A DNA stretch of 64,000 nucleotides from Eledone cirrhosa (lineage: Eukaryota). This document shows positions 12,372 to 24,200 of this stretch, piece by piece. Below the pieces are notes generated by a model, which had not been told where the DNA came from, did not search any database, and saw only the letters and a list, made by a program, of their open reading frames with translations. The number at the start of each line of letters is the position of its first letter. Position 1 is the stretch's first letter. The DNA is taken from positions 71,362,001 to 71,426,000 of the forward strand of contig OZ024744.1 in the NCBI GenBank assembly GCA_964016885.1, written 5' to 3'. The position numbers and the translations under genes were made by a program.

Positions 12372-12536
12372 CAGACTTGCCAACCTCTAAAAACCCAAAC
12401 GGGGAGTACCATGAAAAAAAGTGCACCAAAACGGGAAAAATGAGGCAAAATGGGGAGATTTTACCAAATGAAAGCTATACCAATTTTGGGGTGGATGAGA
12501 GATGTCCCTGTCGGACGGGGAGAGTTGATAGGTTTG
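12372..12536 (+). mobile_element. MITE family A (TIR about CAGACCTGCCAAC)
   Basis: Homologous to 18262-18421, 27661-27855, 30473-30665 and 34968-35095. Flanks CAGAAG/CAGAAA. Confidence 0.7.
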
Positions 12537-12699
12537 CAGAAAATACTGAAGATAATCAACCTAATCTCATTTTACACATAAAAATACAATGGTTCAGTAA
12601 AGGTAAGTTTAATTGAAGAGATAAAAAGATGAAGTCAGTTAAGTGATTCTGCAAGAAAAAGCAGAGTATGTGGAATTAGCAGTTTTGAAATTTCAGAAT

Positions 12700-12860
12700 A
12701 ATTGTTTCTACTTTTGGCACAAGGCTGGCAATTATCCCAGTGTATTACTGGTACTTTAATTTATTGACCCCTTAAGGATGAAAGGCAAAGTTAACCTCGG
12801 CAAAATTTGAAATCAGACACTAAAGAGCCGTAACTTTATGCTGCAAAGCAAGGCGTCCGA
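12700..12860 (-). mobile_element. SINE family 1
   Basis: Family motifs. Confidence 0.8.
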
Positions 12861-12954
12861 TTGTGCAAACGAATTATAAAAAAAAAAATCATAAACAAAT
12901 CTATTTCAAATAACAAGAACACTACAGATATTTAAAAACGGAAAATATAGGGAA

Positions 12955-13255
12955 GAACAAGGGCTCTGGTGTCACAGAAGAATGGGTGGGTGGTGGTGGG
13001 GGTAATTGGCTCTAGGCCTAGGGCGCGGTAGTGTTGGGGCTACGCCCCGCTGACAGGACCGCTAAATCATTTCCGCAGACAATAACCAGTGATACCCGCT
13101 ACAACAACCACCCCACCTCACGGAGCTCCTTCCTTAGATGGGCCGCCGACGTTCCGATCTTGCGGAGGAGCTCAGCAGTACGGGGTCCTAGTACGCCTGA
13201 GGTATTGATGGTGAACAATGCGAAGAGGAAGCGGCTGGACAATCCCCGGTATGCA
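12955..13255 (-). mobile_element. CRE-like non-LTR 3' fragment
   Basis: Reverse-complement homolog of 15325-15640. Confidence 0.6.
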
Positions 13256-13539
13256 GATAATAACTTTTAGAATTTGGTGTTAGATAAAACACCCATATAA
13301 AAAAATGCAGTATACAAAATATAGTTGCTTATTGAACACACTTTCTTATAGAATCCCTGATTTCGAATATTAATATCACAAAATCATAACACACATGTCG
13401 ATTTACCAATGAGTATCTTGGTGTCTCTAGGTTCTATATCACCGGAGCAGCTGAACAGCTTGGGCTGAGCTCTCACTGCCCTAAATATGTTATTCTATAT
13501 GACGTGTACAACACGATCACCCCGTTCGAATAAACCCGC

Positions 13540-14245
13540 TGCCTATGCGTCTTTGGAATGAAAGCGAGAAAACAGCCCTAACCATTCAAACTGCACGCTT
13601 AAACATTTCAGTACTCCAGTCGGCTGGAATTTGCAGATGACATAGTATTTTTTAACTCGCCGGAAGGTGATCTTCGCCATGCACTTAATATGTTTTCTGC
13701 CAAGTGCTGCACGTCAGGAAAAGAAAATCAGTGTTGTGAAGGCTGAGATACTCGTCTGCGCAGTGCATTCTACATGTGAGTGGAACTCTATTGAAGTAGG
13801 TAGAGAATTTCAAGTATCCCAGGGCCGTTTTCACGAGTAAAAGAAGGGGAGAAACTGAATTAAATGCAAGAATTACTGGAGCTGGTACAACACGACAGCA
13901 AATAGAAGCGGTTGAAATGGGGTTTATCCGAAGTGTCTTTGGAGCAACCTTACTTTGTAGTTTGGTGATCAGTGAGTCGCTTCAGGTAGAGCCGCCACTT
14001 CTCCGAATTGAAAGATTACAGCTCCGATATTACTGACATATGGTCAGAATGCCCGAGGAAAGATTAACTTGACAGATTTTATGGGCAAAACCAAACCGAC
14101 AGGAGAACTAGGGGCAGACTCTGAGTCAAAGGGTTAGATAACATCCATGAGCTCGGCTGGTCTCGCTTGGGCATCCAGCCGAATATTAGAGACAGTTCCT
14201 TCCGACAGAACTTTGAAGGCGTGCTTGAGTACTCTGCTCCCACGA
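13540..14245 (+). mobile_element. RTE-clade LINE 3' fragment (degraded)
   Basis: Homologous in reverse orientation to 18960-19800 ('IERLQLRY..HMVRMPEER'). Confidence 0.65.
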
Positions 14246-14350
14246 CCCTCTCTGGAATAAGTGGAAGAAGAATAAGAATAAGAATAAGAATAAGAAGAAT
14301 AAGAATAAGAATAATAATAATAAGAAGAGTCAGTGATAAATGTACTAGAC

Positions 14351-14507
14351 CAGTGGTTCTCAACCCTTTTTTTTACTCATGGACCTCTTTTCCCTTATTT
14401 TTTTGGAGGTGGACCCCCTCATAGTTATTCGACAAAAGAAAAGCTTATTCTATTTTTTGCCTGTGAACCCCCAGGAATATTACATGGACCACAGTTGAGA
14501 ACCACTG
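14351..14507. mobile_element. hAT/Charlie-type MITE
   Basis: TIRs CAGTGGTTCTCAAC / GTTGAGAACCACTG; 8-bp TSD-like TACTAGAC / CGCTAGAC. Confidence 0.85.
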
Positions 14508-14539
14508 CGCTAGACTGTTAGGCCATAGGTTATTTCTTT

Positions 14540-15170
14540 GCCAGTTGGAATATACGAACGTTGAAGGCCGTATACAGGCAAATACTAACCATGCCTACGC
14601 TACATCAATACAACATAGATGTTCTAATCATCAATCTTTTAGGATTGCACAATTTTCATTCGACTAGTACTTGCATTATAATGTTATTGACGTTCATTTA
14701 GAATGGTATGGAGAAATGTTTGATTTCACCAAGATGGCTAACGTATTTCTGTTGTACTGGGAATCCATATCCCACTGCTTAGCTCGGATATATCTAAAGC
14801 TCATCTTGTATAATATTCTTGTCTTAGTAGTTTATGGTCAAACCCTGGATAGCGCTGATTACACTGGACAACAAAAGTCTTATTGACCTAAGTTTGAGAC
14901 CTGTTCTTGAGTAATTTGGGACCAGAGTTTAAAAATGACAATAATATTTTTCTATCACGTCAAGTTTATGGGATAGCCGAGCAAAAGACAAACATGAAAA
15001 CCTGATGTGCTAGGAAAAAATGGATGCCATATTTGAAATCGGAACCTCAAAATTAGCTAAAAACAACAACAAAAAGTGTGTTGACCAGTGTTATGTGAAG
15101 GATCAGTTCTACAACAACTTCCAGGCTGCTACCGATAAGACATCTCTCTGCGATCTGCTCATTGCTGCAT
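14540..15170 (+). mobile_element. Degraded RTE-type APE endonuclease fragment
   Basis: 'SWNIRTL' at about 14543 and 'KDQFYNNFQAATDK..DLLI' in ORF 15020..15259. Confidence 0.45.
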
Positions 15171-15324
15171 GTGCTACAGTAGATGCACCCAAATTATTTT
15201 GTCGCAGAACTCTTTTACGATTTTCAAGAACCGTAAAAGCCATTCCTATATTTTACTGACATACTTACCATCCTAATTTTAATAAAACATTACGGCTCGC
15301 AATGCAGAGGAAAGGAAGATAAAC

Positions 15325-15640
15325 AAAATCCGGGGATTGACCGGCCGCTTCCACTTCGCACCGGTACCCGCCGTCAAGACCACAGGTGTACTTGGACCCT
15401 GTACTGCCGAGCTCCTACACAAGATCGGAACGTCAGCAACCCGTCTGACGAAGGAGCCCCGCGAGGTGGAGGTGGCTGTTGCAGCGGGTGTCGCTGGCCA
15501 TTGTCCACAGAAATGCCTTTGCGGTCTTGTCCGCGGGTCACAGCCCCAACACCACCGTACCCTAGGCCTAGAGCCAATCGTCTTCCCCCGTCCATCTTCC
15601 CATTCTTCTGTGACACTAGATCCCTTGCCTAACCCTTCCT
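15325..15640 (+). mobile_element. 3' end of a CRE-like non-LTR element (RLE C-terminus plus 3'UTR)
   Basis: 'FHFAPVPAVKTTGVLGPCTAELLHKIG..TKEPRE' followed, after a frameshift, by 'WLLQRVSLAIVHRNA'. This resembles the F.P.AVET.G...QRIS.AI.RGNA ending of CRE-clade proteins. Confidence 0.65.
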
Positions 15641-15723
15641 TTTTTGTTTTCATAACCACAAAAGTCACTTGCATTTTTTTAACAATAACACATTATTAGA
15701 CAGAAAAAATAACATTATCTCAA

Positions 15724-15908
15724 TGAATTGGCAGTATCGGTAGAGGCTCGGACGCCATGCTTTGACGCATAGAGTTACGGCCCTTGCCATTCTGAGTTCA
15801 AATCCCGCCGAGGTTAACTTTGCCTTTCATCCTTATGGGGTCGATAAAATAAAGAACCAGTAATGCACTGGGTAATTGCTGGCCTTGTGCCAAAAGTAGA
15901 AACAATTA
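15724..15908 (+). mobile_element. SINE family 1
   Basis: A box TGGCAGTATCGG, B box GAGTTCAAATCC, full tail. Confidence 0.88.
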
Positions 15909-16320
15909 TCTCAAAAATTATCATTATTTTTTAGATTTTATTAAAAGACTCCTAATCTCGCGGTACAAATTTAAGAAACGCAGATATAACGGATAGGGTG
16001 GCAGAAAACCAGCTAGAGCTTGCTAGTTCATATTCTGCTAGTTGATTTGTGTTTGTTGCAAACACCGTAAAACCTCTCTGAAATAGGCACTGCGGGTCGT
16101 TTCTGCAAGTAACACCAGTGTTTCAGCTAGTAATTCTATAAAGCAAGTGGAAGTGTTTATGTTAAACAAGTGTTTTGGTCGAACAATGTAAAGTGACAGC
16201 AGCTACTACTTATTCATCCGGAATGCTATCAGGGTTATTTCACACCTGACCATTCTTGTTTTCTTACTGCATCATTCGATATTATAATCTCCTAGCATTC
16301 TTAATATTTTAGAATACAAG

Positions 16321-16541
16321 GGTGGTGGGTTGGCAGTATCGGTAGAACGTCGGACAACGTGCTTTATGGCCTAGGGTTATGCCTCTTTACGACCTGAATT
16401 CAAATCCCTTCGAGGTTAACTTTGCCTTTTATACTTACGGAGTCGATAAAATCGATAAAATAAAGTACCAGTAATGTACTGGGGTCGATTTAATCGACTT
16501 TCCTCTTCCCCAAAATTGTTGTGTCTAAATCAGAAACCAAT
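16321..16541 (+). mobile_element. SINE family 1 (long variant)
   Basis: Family motifs plus a GATTTAATCGACTTTCCTCTTCCC segment. Confidence 0.85.
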
Positions 16542-16929
16542 ATTTTAGGATACAGAAATAACAAACAAACAAAGAATACATAAACATCCATTTTAGGACA
16601 TCTTTTATATCTGATTTAATGGTAGAGTAATCTGTATTTCCAGATTACTGAAACTCAGATAGAAGTAGTACTGCATGTCGATGCTTAATGTTTTGATTAC
16701 AAATAGGAATAAAGTCATATTTTATCATATCAAGAGATGACTCAGTCAGAAATATCTAGAAAAGTTAGGGCCTCAAGATATGATACTGGGGAAACCTTCC
16801 AATCTGTCATAAAAAAAAAAAAAAAAATGCATTGGATATCTAAAATTTACATCATTGAAAGATACAAGTAAATGTTGCCACCGATTACTCTCAGATCTGT
16901 TCTAAATCTCTGACATAGTGGATATTCGC

Positions 16930-17102
16930 AAAATAGAGTTATGACCCTTGACGTTGTGAGTTCAAATTCCGCCGAGGTTATCTTTGCCTTTCATCCTTGC
17001 GGGGTCGATAAAATAAAGCACGAGTAACGCTCTGGGGCCGATTTAATCACTTTTCCCTTCCTCCTAAATTGCTGGCCTTGTGTCTAAAGTAGAAACAATT
17101 AT
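16930..17102 (+). mobile_element. SINE family 1 (5' truncated)
   Basis: Family motifs. Confidence 0.82.
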
Positions 17103-17169
17103 TTCCCCTATCGAAGGGGCAGTAGTGAAATAAGGTCTTCCTGGTGGTAGATATAAAAAGATACCGTAT

Positions 17170-17469
17170 TAACGAAAACAGAAAAAGCAAAAGAGATTTA
17201 CGTATGCCAGAACACAACGGATGAAGCACTAATAAATGAAAAGAAAAAAAATGTGATATGGAGTGATGAGACTAAATTCGTGACTTTCAGCACAAAGAGA
17301 ACACAGTATGTAAGACGGGCAGTGTGAGAAGAACGGAAATAAATATATTTAAAAACTTACAGTCAAACATATGGAGTCTCTATTAATGATTGGGGCACAG
17401 TAGTCAACAAATGGAGTGGTGATGTATGAGTGAAAATTGACGGAATAATAAATGCTGAGAAATATTGCC
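17170..17469 (+). pseudogene. Tc1-type transposase fragment
   Basis: Translates to 'NVIWSDETKFVTF..YVRR...TVKH...WG...KIDGIINAEKYC', covering the first catalytic D of a Tc1 DD34E domain. Confidence 0.75.
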
Positions 17470-17570
17470 AGGAGCGTGGCTTAGTGGTTAGATAGATGGA
17501 TTCGCAATTGTGAGGTTGCGAGTTCAATTCTCGTTGTGTCCTTGAGCAAGACACTTTATTTCACGTTGAT
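17470..17570 (+). mobile_element. tRNA-derived CORE-type SINE (family 2), partial
   Basis: GTGGCTTAGTGG A box, GAGTTCAATTC B box, CORE-like GTGTCCTTGAGCAAGACACTT. Confidence 0.7.
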
Positions 17571-18261
17571 CTTTCTGCCAATGAACTGCCGGTAGATAGT
17601 ATTAGCAATGGAAAGACCTATCGAAACAAAAGTTTCTTTAGTCCGATTTGACGAGGTCCACCCCACTCGGCAAGCGAATGAGGTTTGGGTTCTTGTCGAT
17701 CGATCAGAAAGCGCGACTAATCCACCGTGTCTTATTGGAAGCAATTTTGCTTTTCCGCCGGCTGAGAGGAATTTGAGAGGTATGTTCGATTCTTCGTAGC
17801 AATTGGTTGTTACTTTTTTTCTGTTTATATTTTTACTCGATTTTCTAAGCTATTATCTATACCATTCGATTGTGGTTACAGTTATTTTCTGCGTTTGGGA
17901 TTTCTACATTTTCTAAGAATTTCAATCTCTTCAACGCTCCGATAGATTATCATATATATATATATATAAAGAAAGATTTATGAGAAAACCACGACGGAAA
18001 ATATATTCTTTGGAGTTGTGTTATGCTGGTCACATTTGAGCTATACACCACCTTTTTGCACTAGATACGCTTTACGTATGTATTAGCTATAGTATAATTC
18101 TAAGTCAAGTTAGCTCTGATCGAGCAAACCAATGATCAAAACATTCCATCCGTGACCTCCCCATCCTTTTATATATATATTCTCGGCCAAATATCCCATT
18201 CGTTTGTTTTAGAGTTTTTTTGTAAGGCCTGAAAGAATATAACTTTTTTTTTCTATTATTC

Positions 18262-18421
18262 TACCATGAAAGAAATTGCCCCCAAACGGGGAGAAATAAG
18301 GAAAAATGGGGATATCTTACATAATGAAAGCTATACTCATTTTCACAAGAGAAGATATCTCTCACCCACTTCAAAGTGGGTGAGAGATATCCCCGTCGGA
18401 CGGGGAGAGTTGTCAGGTCTC
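18262..18421 (+). mobile_element. MITE family A (left end missing)
   Basis: Homology to 30473-30665. Confidence 0.7.
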
Positions 18422-18571
18422 TGTAAAAAAAGACACCTTGATGGGAATAAAACAAGTTGAGACCCACAAAAGCTAACGTCTGATCAAGAAGAGAAAATAG
18501 CCTTGAAACGAATGTTGTTGTCGTAGGAAGAATATGAATCCAACAATTAATGTCAAGTACAGGCGAACATG

Positions 18572-18840
18572 TGGAGGCGCGTGGATTAGTGGTACGGGCG
18601 TTGGACTTACGATAACAATGTCGTAGGTTCGATTCTTGGGCTGAGTTGCATGTTGTGTTCTTGAGCAAAATACTTCATTTCACGTTGCTCCAGTATACTC
18701 AGTTGAAAATGAGTACCAGCAATAGTTGGGGGTTTAACCCTGCGATGGACTGGCGTTCTGTCTAGGGGGAAGTCTTGTACTCTCAGTTGCCGGAATAAGC
18801 ACTGACATAACGACCCTTCTGGCTTAAGACAGACTTTAGA
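18572..18840 (+). mobile_element. CORE-type SINE (family 2), near full length
   Basis: A and B boxes, CORE-like GTGTTCTTGAGCAAAATACTT, then AACCCTGCGATGGACTGGCG. Confidence 0.72.
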
Positions 18841-18959
18841 TCTTTAGCAGGCGGACTTGGTGGTGTACACCTCATATCTATTTCTGCTGCAAAAAATTGC
18901 TGTTAACATATAAGTATGACTAATCCCACCCTAACAAACAAACAAAAAAAACACTTCTC

Positions 18960-20830
18960 TTCTTCATCGTCCACTTATTCATGAGAAGGTCGTGGAGGAA
19001 GAGTCCTCAAACACTCCCTCCAGCGGGTCCTGTCAGAAGCAAACATCTCTAACTATCCGGCTGGATCTCCAAGCGAGACCAGCCAAGCTGATGGCTGTTA
19101 TCCAACCATCTTGCTTGGGTCTCCCGCCGGTTGGTTTTGCTCATAAAATCTATCCAGCAATTCTTTCCTGAGACATTCTAACCACATGCCCACAGTGTCG
19201 GAGCTGTGATCTCTCAATTCGGAGTGACTCTGTAATCTCCGAGCTATGCACTCTATCGAGTAACGTTACACCAAAGACCGTTCGGGGAATCCCATTTCGG
19301 CTGCTTGTATTCGCGATCGTATTCTTTCGGTCATTACCCAAGATTTATGACCATACGTAAGATTTGGCACGAATACCGAATTGGAGATAGCGAGTTTGAC
19401 TTTTGCACCTACCTCCCTTCTTCTGATTACCAAATGTTGAAGCTGGCGCATTACTGCACAAGCTCCTGCAATTCTTGCACTTAATTCAGCCTCCTGACTT
19501 CCATCACTTGTGAACATGACCACGAGATACTTGAACTACTCCACCTGATTTAGAGGAACTCCATTCACATGTAGAGTGCACTGCACAGGATTCTTTGAGA
19601 GGACAAATGTCTCAGTTTTTGCAGCACTGATTTTCATTCCAGTCATGCAGCACTCGGCATCAAACCTATTGAGTGCAAGTCTAAGATCATCTTCTGTCGA
19701 GTTGCCGTCTGCAAATTTTAGCCGACTGATTTTACACCCACCGGTCATGATACCACTTCCAACCCGGCTGCACATGTCAATCCTGTTCATGTAAATAATT
19801 GTTTCTACTTTTGGCACAAGGCCAGCAATTACCTAGTGCATTACTGGTATTTTATTTTATCGATCCCGTAAGGATGAAAGGCAAAGTTAATCTCGGCAGG
19901 ATTTGAACTCAGAATGGCAAGGGCCGTAACTCTGTGCGTCAAAGCATGGCGCCCGACCCTCTACCGATAAATAATGAACAGGAGAGGTGACCCTTGGTGG
20001 AGTCTGACTCCCATATTGAATAGTTTCGATTCAGCACCCTTTATCCGAACACAAATACTCGGGCATTCGTATAGAGACATCAGAGCAGCAAGAAGCTGAC
20101 TATCAATCCCATACTTCTGCACAGCCTTCCACAGCAGGTTCTGAGGAACGCGGTCACATGCCTTTTCAAGGTCGACAAAACAAGAATATACTTATTGGCA
20201 ATATTCTCACGATTTCTCGAATACCTGCCGCAGTGTGAATATTTGGTCGGCTGTGCTGCGTCCGGCGCGAAAACACACTGTCCACCTGCTAGCTTGGACT
20301 CTACAATCTCCCTGCACCTCTTTGCCAGACACTTAGCATAGACTTTATCAGGGAGGCTTAACAAGGAGATCCCACTATAATTGGAACAATCTCTTTTGTC
20401 TCCCTTTTTGAAAATTGGGACTATCATTCCCGATTGCCATTGCTGAGGTGCCCTTCCAGAGATCCAGGTTACCCAGCACACATAAGTCAGCCAGAGAATA
20501 CATTCTATATTTAAAGCTTTTAACATCTCGACCCGGATTTCATCTTCCTCAGTGTAATTTCCACGTTTGAGCTCTTTAACAGCTCTTGCGACCACAGCCT
20601 CTGAGAAATTAGTCACCGCTCACAGATGCACGTCTTGTACATCAAAAGATGCTGTTGTGATCAGATTTAGGAGATCAGCAAAGTATTCTCTCCACCTAGC
20701 GAAGATGCACCTCTCTGAAGAGAGGAGAACCTCGGTCGCGTTCTTGATAGCAGGTGTAGGGGAGGGCTTCTTATTACCAAGTCGGCCGAAGTCGGATTCC
20801 AGATTAACCCCAAAGTCCTCCTATGTCTTA
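18960..20830 (-). mobile_element. RTE-clade LINE, RT and 3' region, interrupted by a SINE
   Basis: ORFs 20080..20616 ('IVPIFKKGDKRDCSNYSGISLLSLP'), 19536..19817 ('LKFAD', 'GMKISAAKT'), 19266..19523 and 19150..19341. Confidence 0.85.
19797..19966 (-). mobile_element. SINE family 1 inserted into the RTE
   Basis: Family motifs; TAAATAAT duplicated on both sides. Confidence 0.85.
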
Positions 20831-20980
20831 ACTTTAGACGATTTAACTGTCTCTGCTTTAACAATAAAATATATTGTATCATAGACGTTTAGTAGAAACA
20901 TATCCGTGGATAATCCAGGGAGTTGTAGGGTTACTGTCATAACATTCGGCACGTCTTGGGCTTTGAATCTTGGCAATTGC

Positions 20981-20982
20981 TG

Positions 20983-21020
<38 letters not shown>

Positions 21021-21100
21021 GCTGTTGCTACTACTGCTACTGCTACTACTACTTCTGCTGCTGCTGCTGTTACTGCTACTATTGCTGCTGTTGCTTCTGG
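20981..21100. repeat. (CTA/CTG)n microsatellite
   Basis: Direct reading. Confidence 0.95.
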
Positions 21101-21289
21101 CGGTGATCATCCTTCTGCAGGTCGGAACATAGCCACTTTATTCCAGAGAAAGGTAGAAAGAAGGCGGGAAGGAAAGACAGAAAGAAAGAGAGAGAGAGAG
21201 AGGAGGGGGTGGAGGAGAGGGAGAAGGGGAGAGGGTATATGGAGAGAGAGAGGGTGAAGGATAGAAATAGAAAGAGAGATAGATAGATA

Positions 21290-24200
21290 AGTTTCTATTT
21301 ATTTGCCACGAGGGCACAAAAGAAGGGGACAAATACAAGGGGGGGGGGAGTTTACATAAAGGAACGAGTAAAAAACAAATAAATATAAAATTAACAATAC
21401 AGTCCTCAATAGGGAGGAGGCGTTTTGAGGGTTACACACACCCCGAAAAAGTGTGCAACCCTTTTCCTTAGGAGCACAGAGAGGGGGTGCTCTTTTGACT
21501 TCCACCTTTCCACCTACAGGCTGATAAAGAGAGAAGGCCCATTCACACGGGCCATTCTCGCTACTTTCACCCACCTTTCATAAAACTTGCTGGGGTTGAG
21601 CACCTCTCTCTCCATTCTGATCCTTCTCTTAAAATGGTATTTAAAGAAAAGGACCTGTTGTTGGCCGGAGAGAAAGGTGTTCGACCTCAGCCCTTTCAAA
21701 CGTGTCCACCATACCACCTCTTTCACCATGGCTATTACACAGAGGAAGACCACCTCTCCTTCATTTTTGAAGGGGGAAGGCGGCTTGATCGTTACAATGG
21801 ACTCAGTGGTCAACCGGATTGGTCCCACCCGTGACAGCAGTCGTTCGACATAGCCCCACAGATCGGCAACGCCCGAGCAGTGTACCAATGCGTGCGCAAC
21901 GGTTTCCTCGTCGCGCACGCATCTGGGACAGATTTTTTTCGAGGGGTCCCTACCCGGGCGCCCGTGTCTGTAGAGCTTTTCTCGAACGGGCAGCGCCCCT
22001 CGGTAGCACTGCCAGGCCAGGTAGCACTGCAAGGCTAGGTAGCACTGCCAGGCCAGGTAGCATTGCCATAGGTCCCGGGCTAAATGTCCTCCCGAATAGG
22101 CTGGCCAGTTCGTCTTCCTCCATGCCTAGGGCTTGTCCGAGGGCGTCGTCGCACCTACTAACCACCAACCCTCTATAGAATGACGAGGTGGAATCTCCAC
22201 CGATAGTCGGGTCCGCCTGCCAGAGAGCTGTGAGCACCTGGGCACACTCGGTGTGCTAGGCGCCCAGGTTTCTCGGTCTTTGCTTGACTAAGGACTGCAG
22301 CTCGGTGAGCGAGACGAGTCTCGGAAAGGCTCGCCTCACAAACGGGGCCCACACCGGTTGGCCGGTGAGGATTACCTGGAGGTGCCGTAGCCTTAATGGG
22401 TGTTTACGCATCAGCTGCCACGGCATCCCCAGCCCTCCTTTCGAAGGGTGTTGACAGAAAATGGATCTCCTCACCAAAGGAGCCCGCTTCTTCCAAAGGA
22501 ATTGGAAGAGTGCGCGCCCCATTTTGGTGAGCGTTTCCCTTGGGCAAGGCACGACGGTCAGGCGGTAATAGATGACGGACGCTATATAAGCGTTCGCCAC
22601 CTCCGCCCGACCTTTCAGGGATAGTTTGCACTCAGCCCACTTCCGCGTCAGCGCAAACACCCTGTTCGATAGCTCACCCCAGTTCTTCTCCACCTGGAGG
22701 TCTGGCCCGAACCAGACCCCGAGCAACTTCATCGGGCCCTCCGTCCAATATCCGACGACGCCGTTGGAGGCCATCGGTTTGCCCCTCCACTCGCCGAGTT
22801 GCAAACCGACTTACTTGTCCCGGTTCAGCTTAGCCCCTGTAAACGTTTCGTATTCCTCCAGTAAGGTGCCGATCACTCCGATTTCAGAGGCGGTTGACAC
22901 CATTACTGTCACGTCATCGGCGTAGGCCGACACCGCTTTCCGCAATCCCGGTTCCAAAGGGATGCCCTGTAACAACTCCAACTTCCGCAGCAGTGGCTCT
23001 AGGGCCAATACATACAGAAGGGAGCAGAGAGGGCATCCCTGTCGGATGGACCGCGTGATTTCGAACGGCTCCGAGAAGTAGCCGTTCACCTTGACCCTAG
23101 AGCAGATGCGGCTGCTGTGCATGGCAGTGATCCAGCTCCTGAAAACGGGCCCGAAACCTGCCGCCACTAGCACCGCATCCAGGTTACGATGGTCGACCCT
23201 ATCGAACGCCTTAGATTGATCCAAGTTGATCAGGGCCCACCAAAGCCGGGTTCGTTCCCAACCCTCTCTATGATGTATCGCATGAGATGGAGGTTGTCGT
23301 GAATGGACCTGGACGGGATGGCGCATGTCTGCGCATCTCCCACCAGGTTGCCCACGACAAGCGCCAACCTCTTTGCTAACACCTTGGCCAAAATCTTTAA
23401 CTCTGTATTTAGCAGGCTTAAAATTACTTATTTCATCCCCCTTGTTCTCGTCCTTCCTCACTAGCGAGACTACGCCCTTGATCACAGAACAGGGAATTCT
23501 CCCGTTCTGTTGCCAGTTGCAGTAGACCGCTTCGAGGAGTTCGAAGAACAAGTCCGGCATACTTAAATACAGTTCGTATGGAAGACCATCGAGGCCCGGA
23601 GATTTGCGTCTGCCGCATTGGCTCAGCACGTCCCCTATTTCAGCCGCTGAGATCGGCCTCTCGCAGGACTTCACCTCCTCGTCCGAAAGACGCGGAAGGC
23701 CGTCGAGGTATGGACCGAGGTCCACATCCCCATCCGGCCCCTCGTCCTTTCCGAACAATCGGGCAAAGTGCCTTTGAAAGGCCTCGCACATCTGATTAAG
23801 GTTCAAGGGTCACCCGTCCATCCTGGTCTCGCAAAGACCAGATAGTGGATCTAGTCCCACTTTTGGCTTCTATCACGCGGGCCCAGCTACAGCTTTGGTC
23901 CCCTCGTTGCCCAGAGCACGTATTTTGCTTCGGACAACGCAGCCTTCGTGTTTCGCGTCGAAGAACTGGCCCAAGGCCGTTCTCGACGCTAGCACTCTGG
24001 CTACGTCGCCGCTTCTAATTGCTTCTTCTACACTATCTACCAACTCCCTTTCCTTCCTATTTCTATCTGAGGCTAACTCCTTACTAACTCCTATTGAAGC
24101 TGCTCTAATCTCTCTTTTGAGAGAACCCCACCACCTGCTGTTGACGATGGCGCCCGTCAACCGCTCCTTAACTAATGTGCTAATCCGGTTCCTGTAAGCT

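Noticed and set aside
15724-15810. tRNA genes
   Set aside because: The A/B boxes belong to SINE heads, with no complete cloverleaf.
22000-22062. Triplicated 18-bp unit (GGTAGCACTGCCAGGCCA) in copy C
   Set aside because: A local slippage duplication absent from copy B, with no functional implication.
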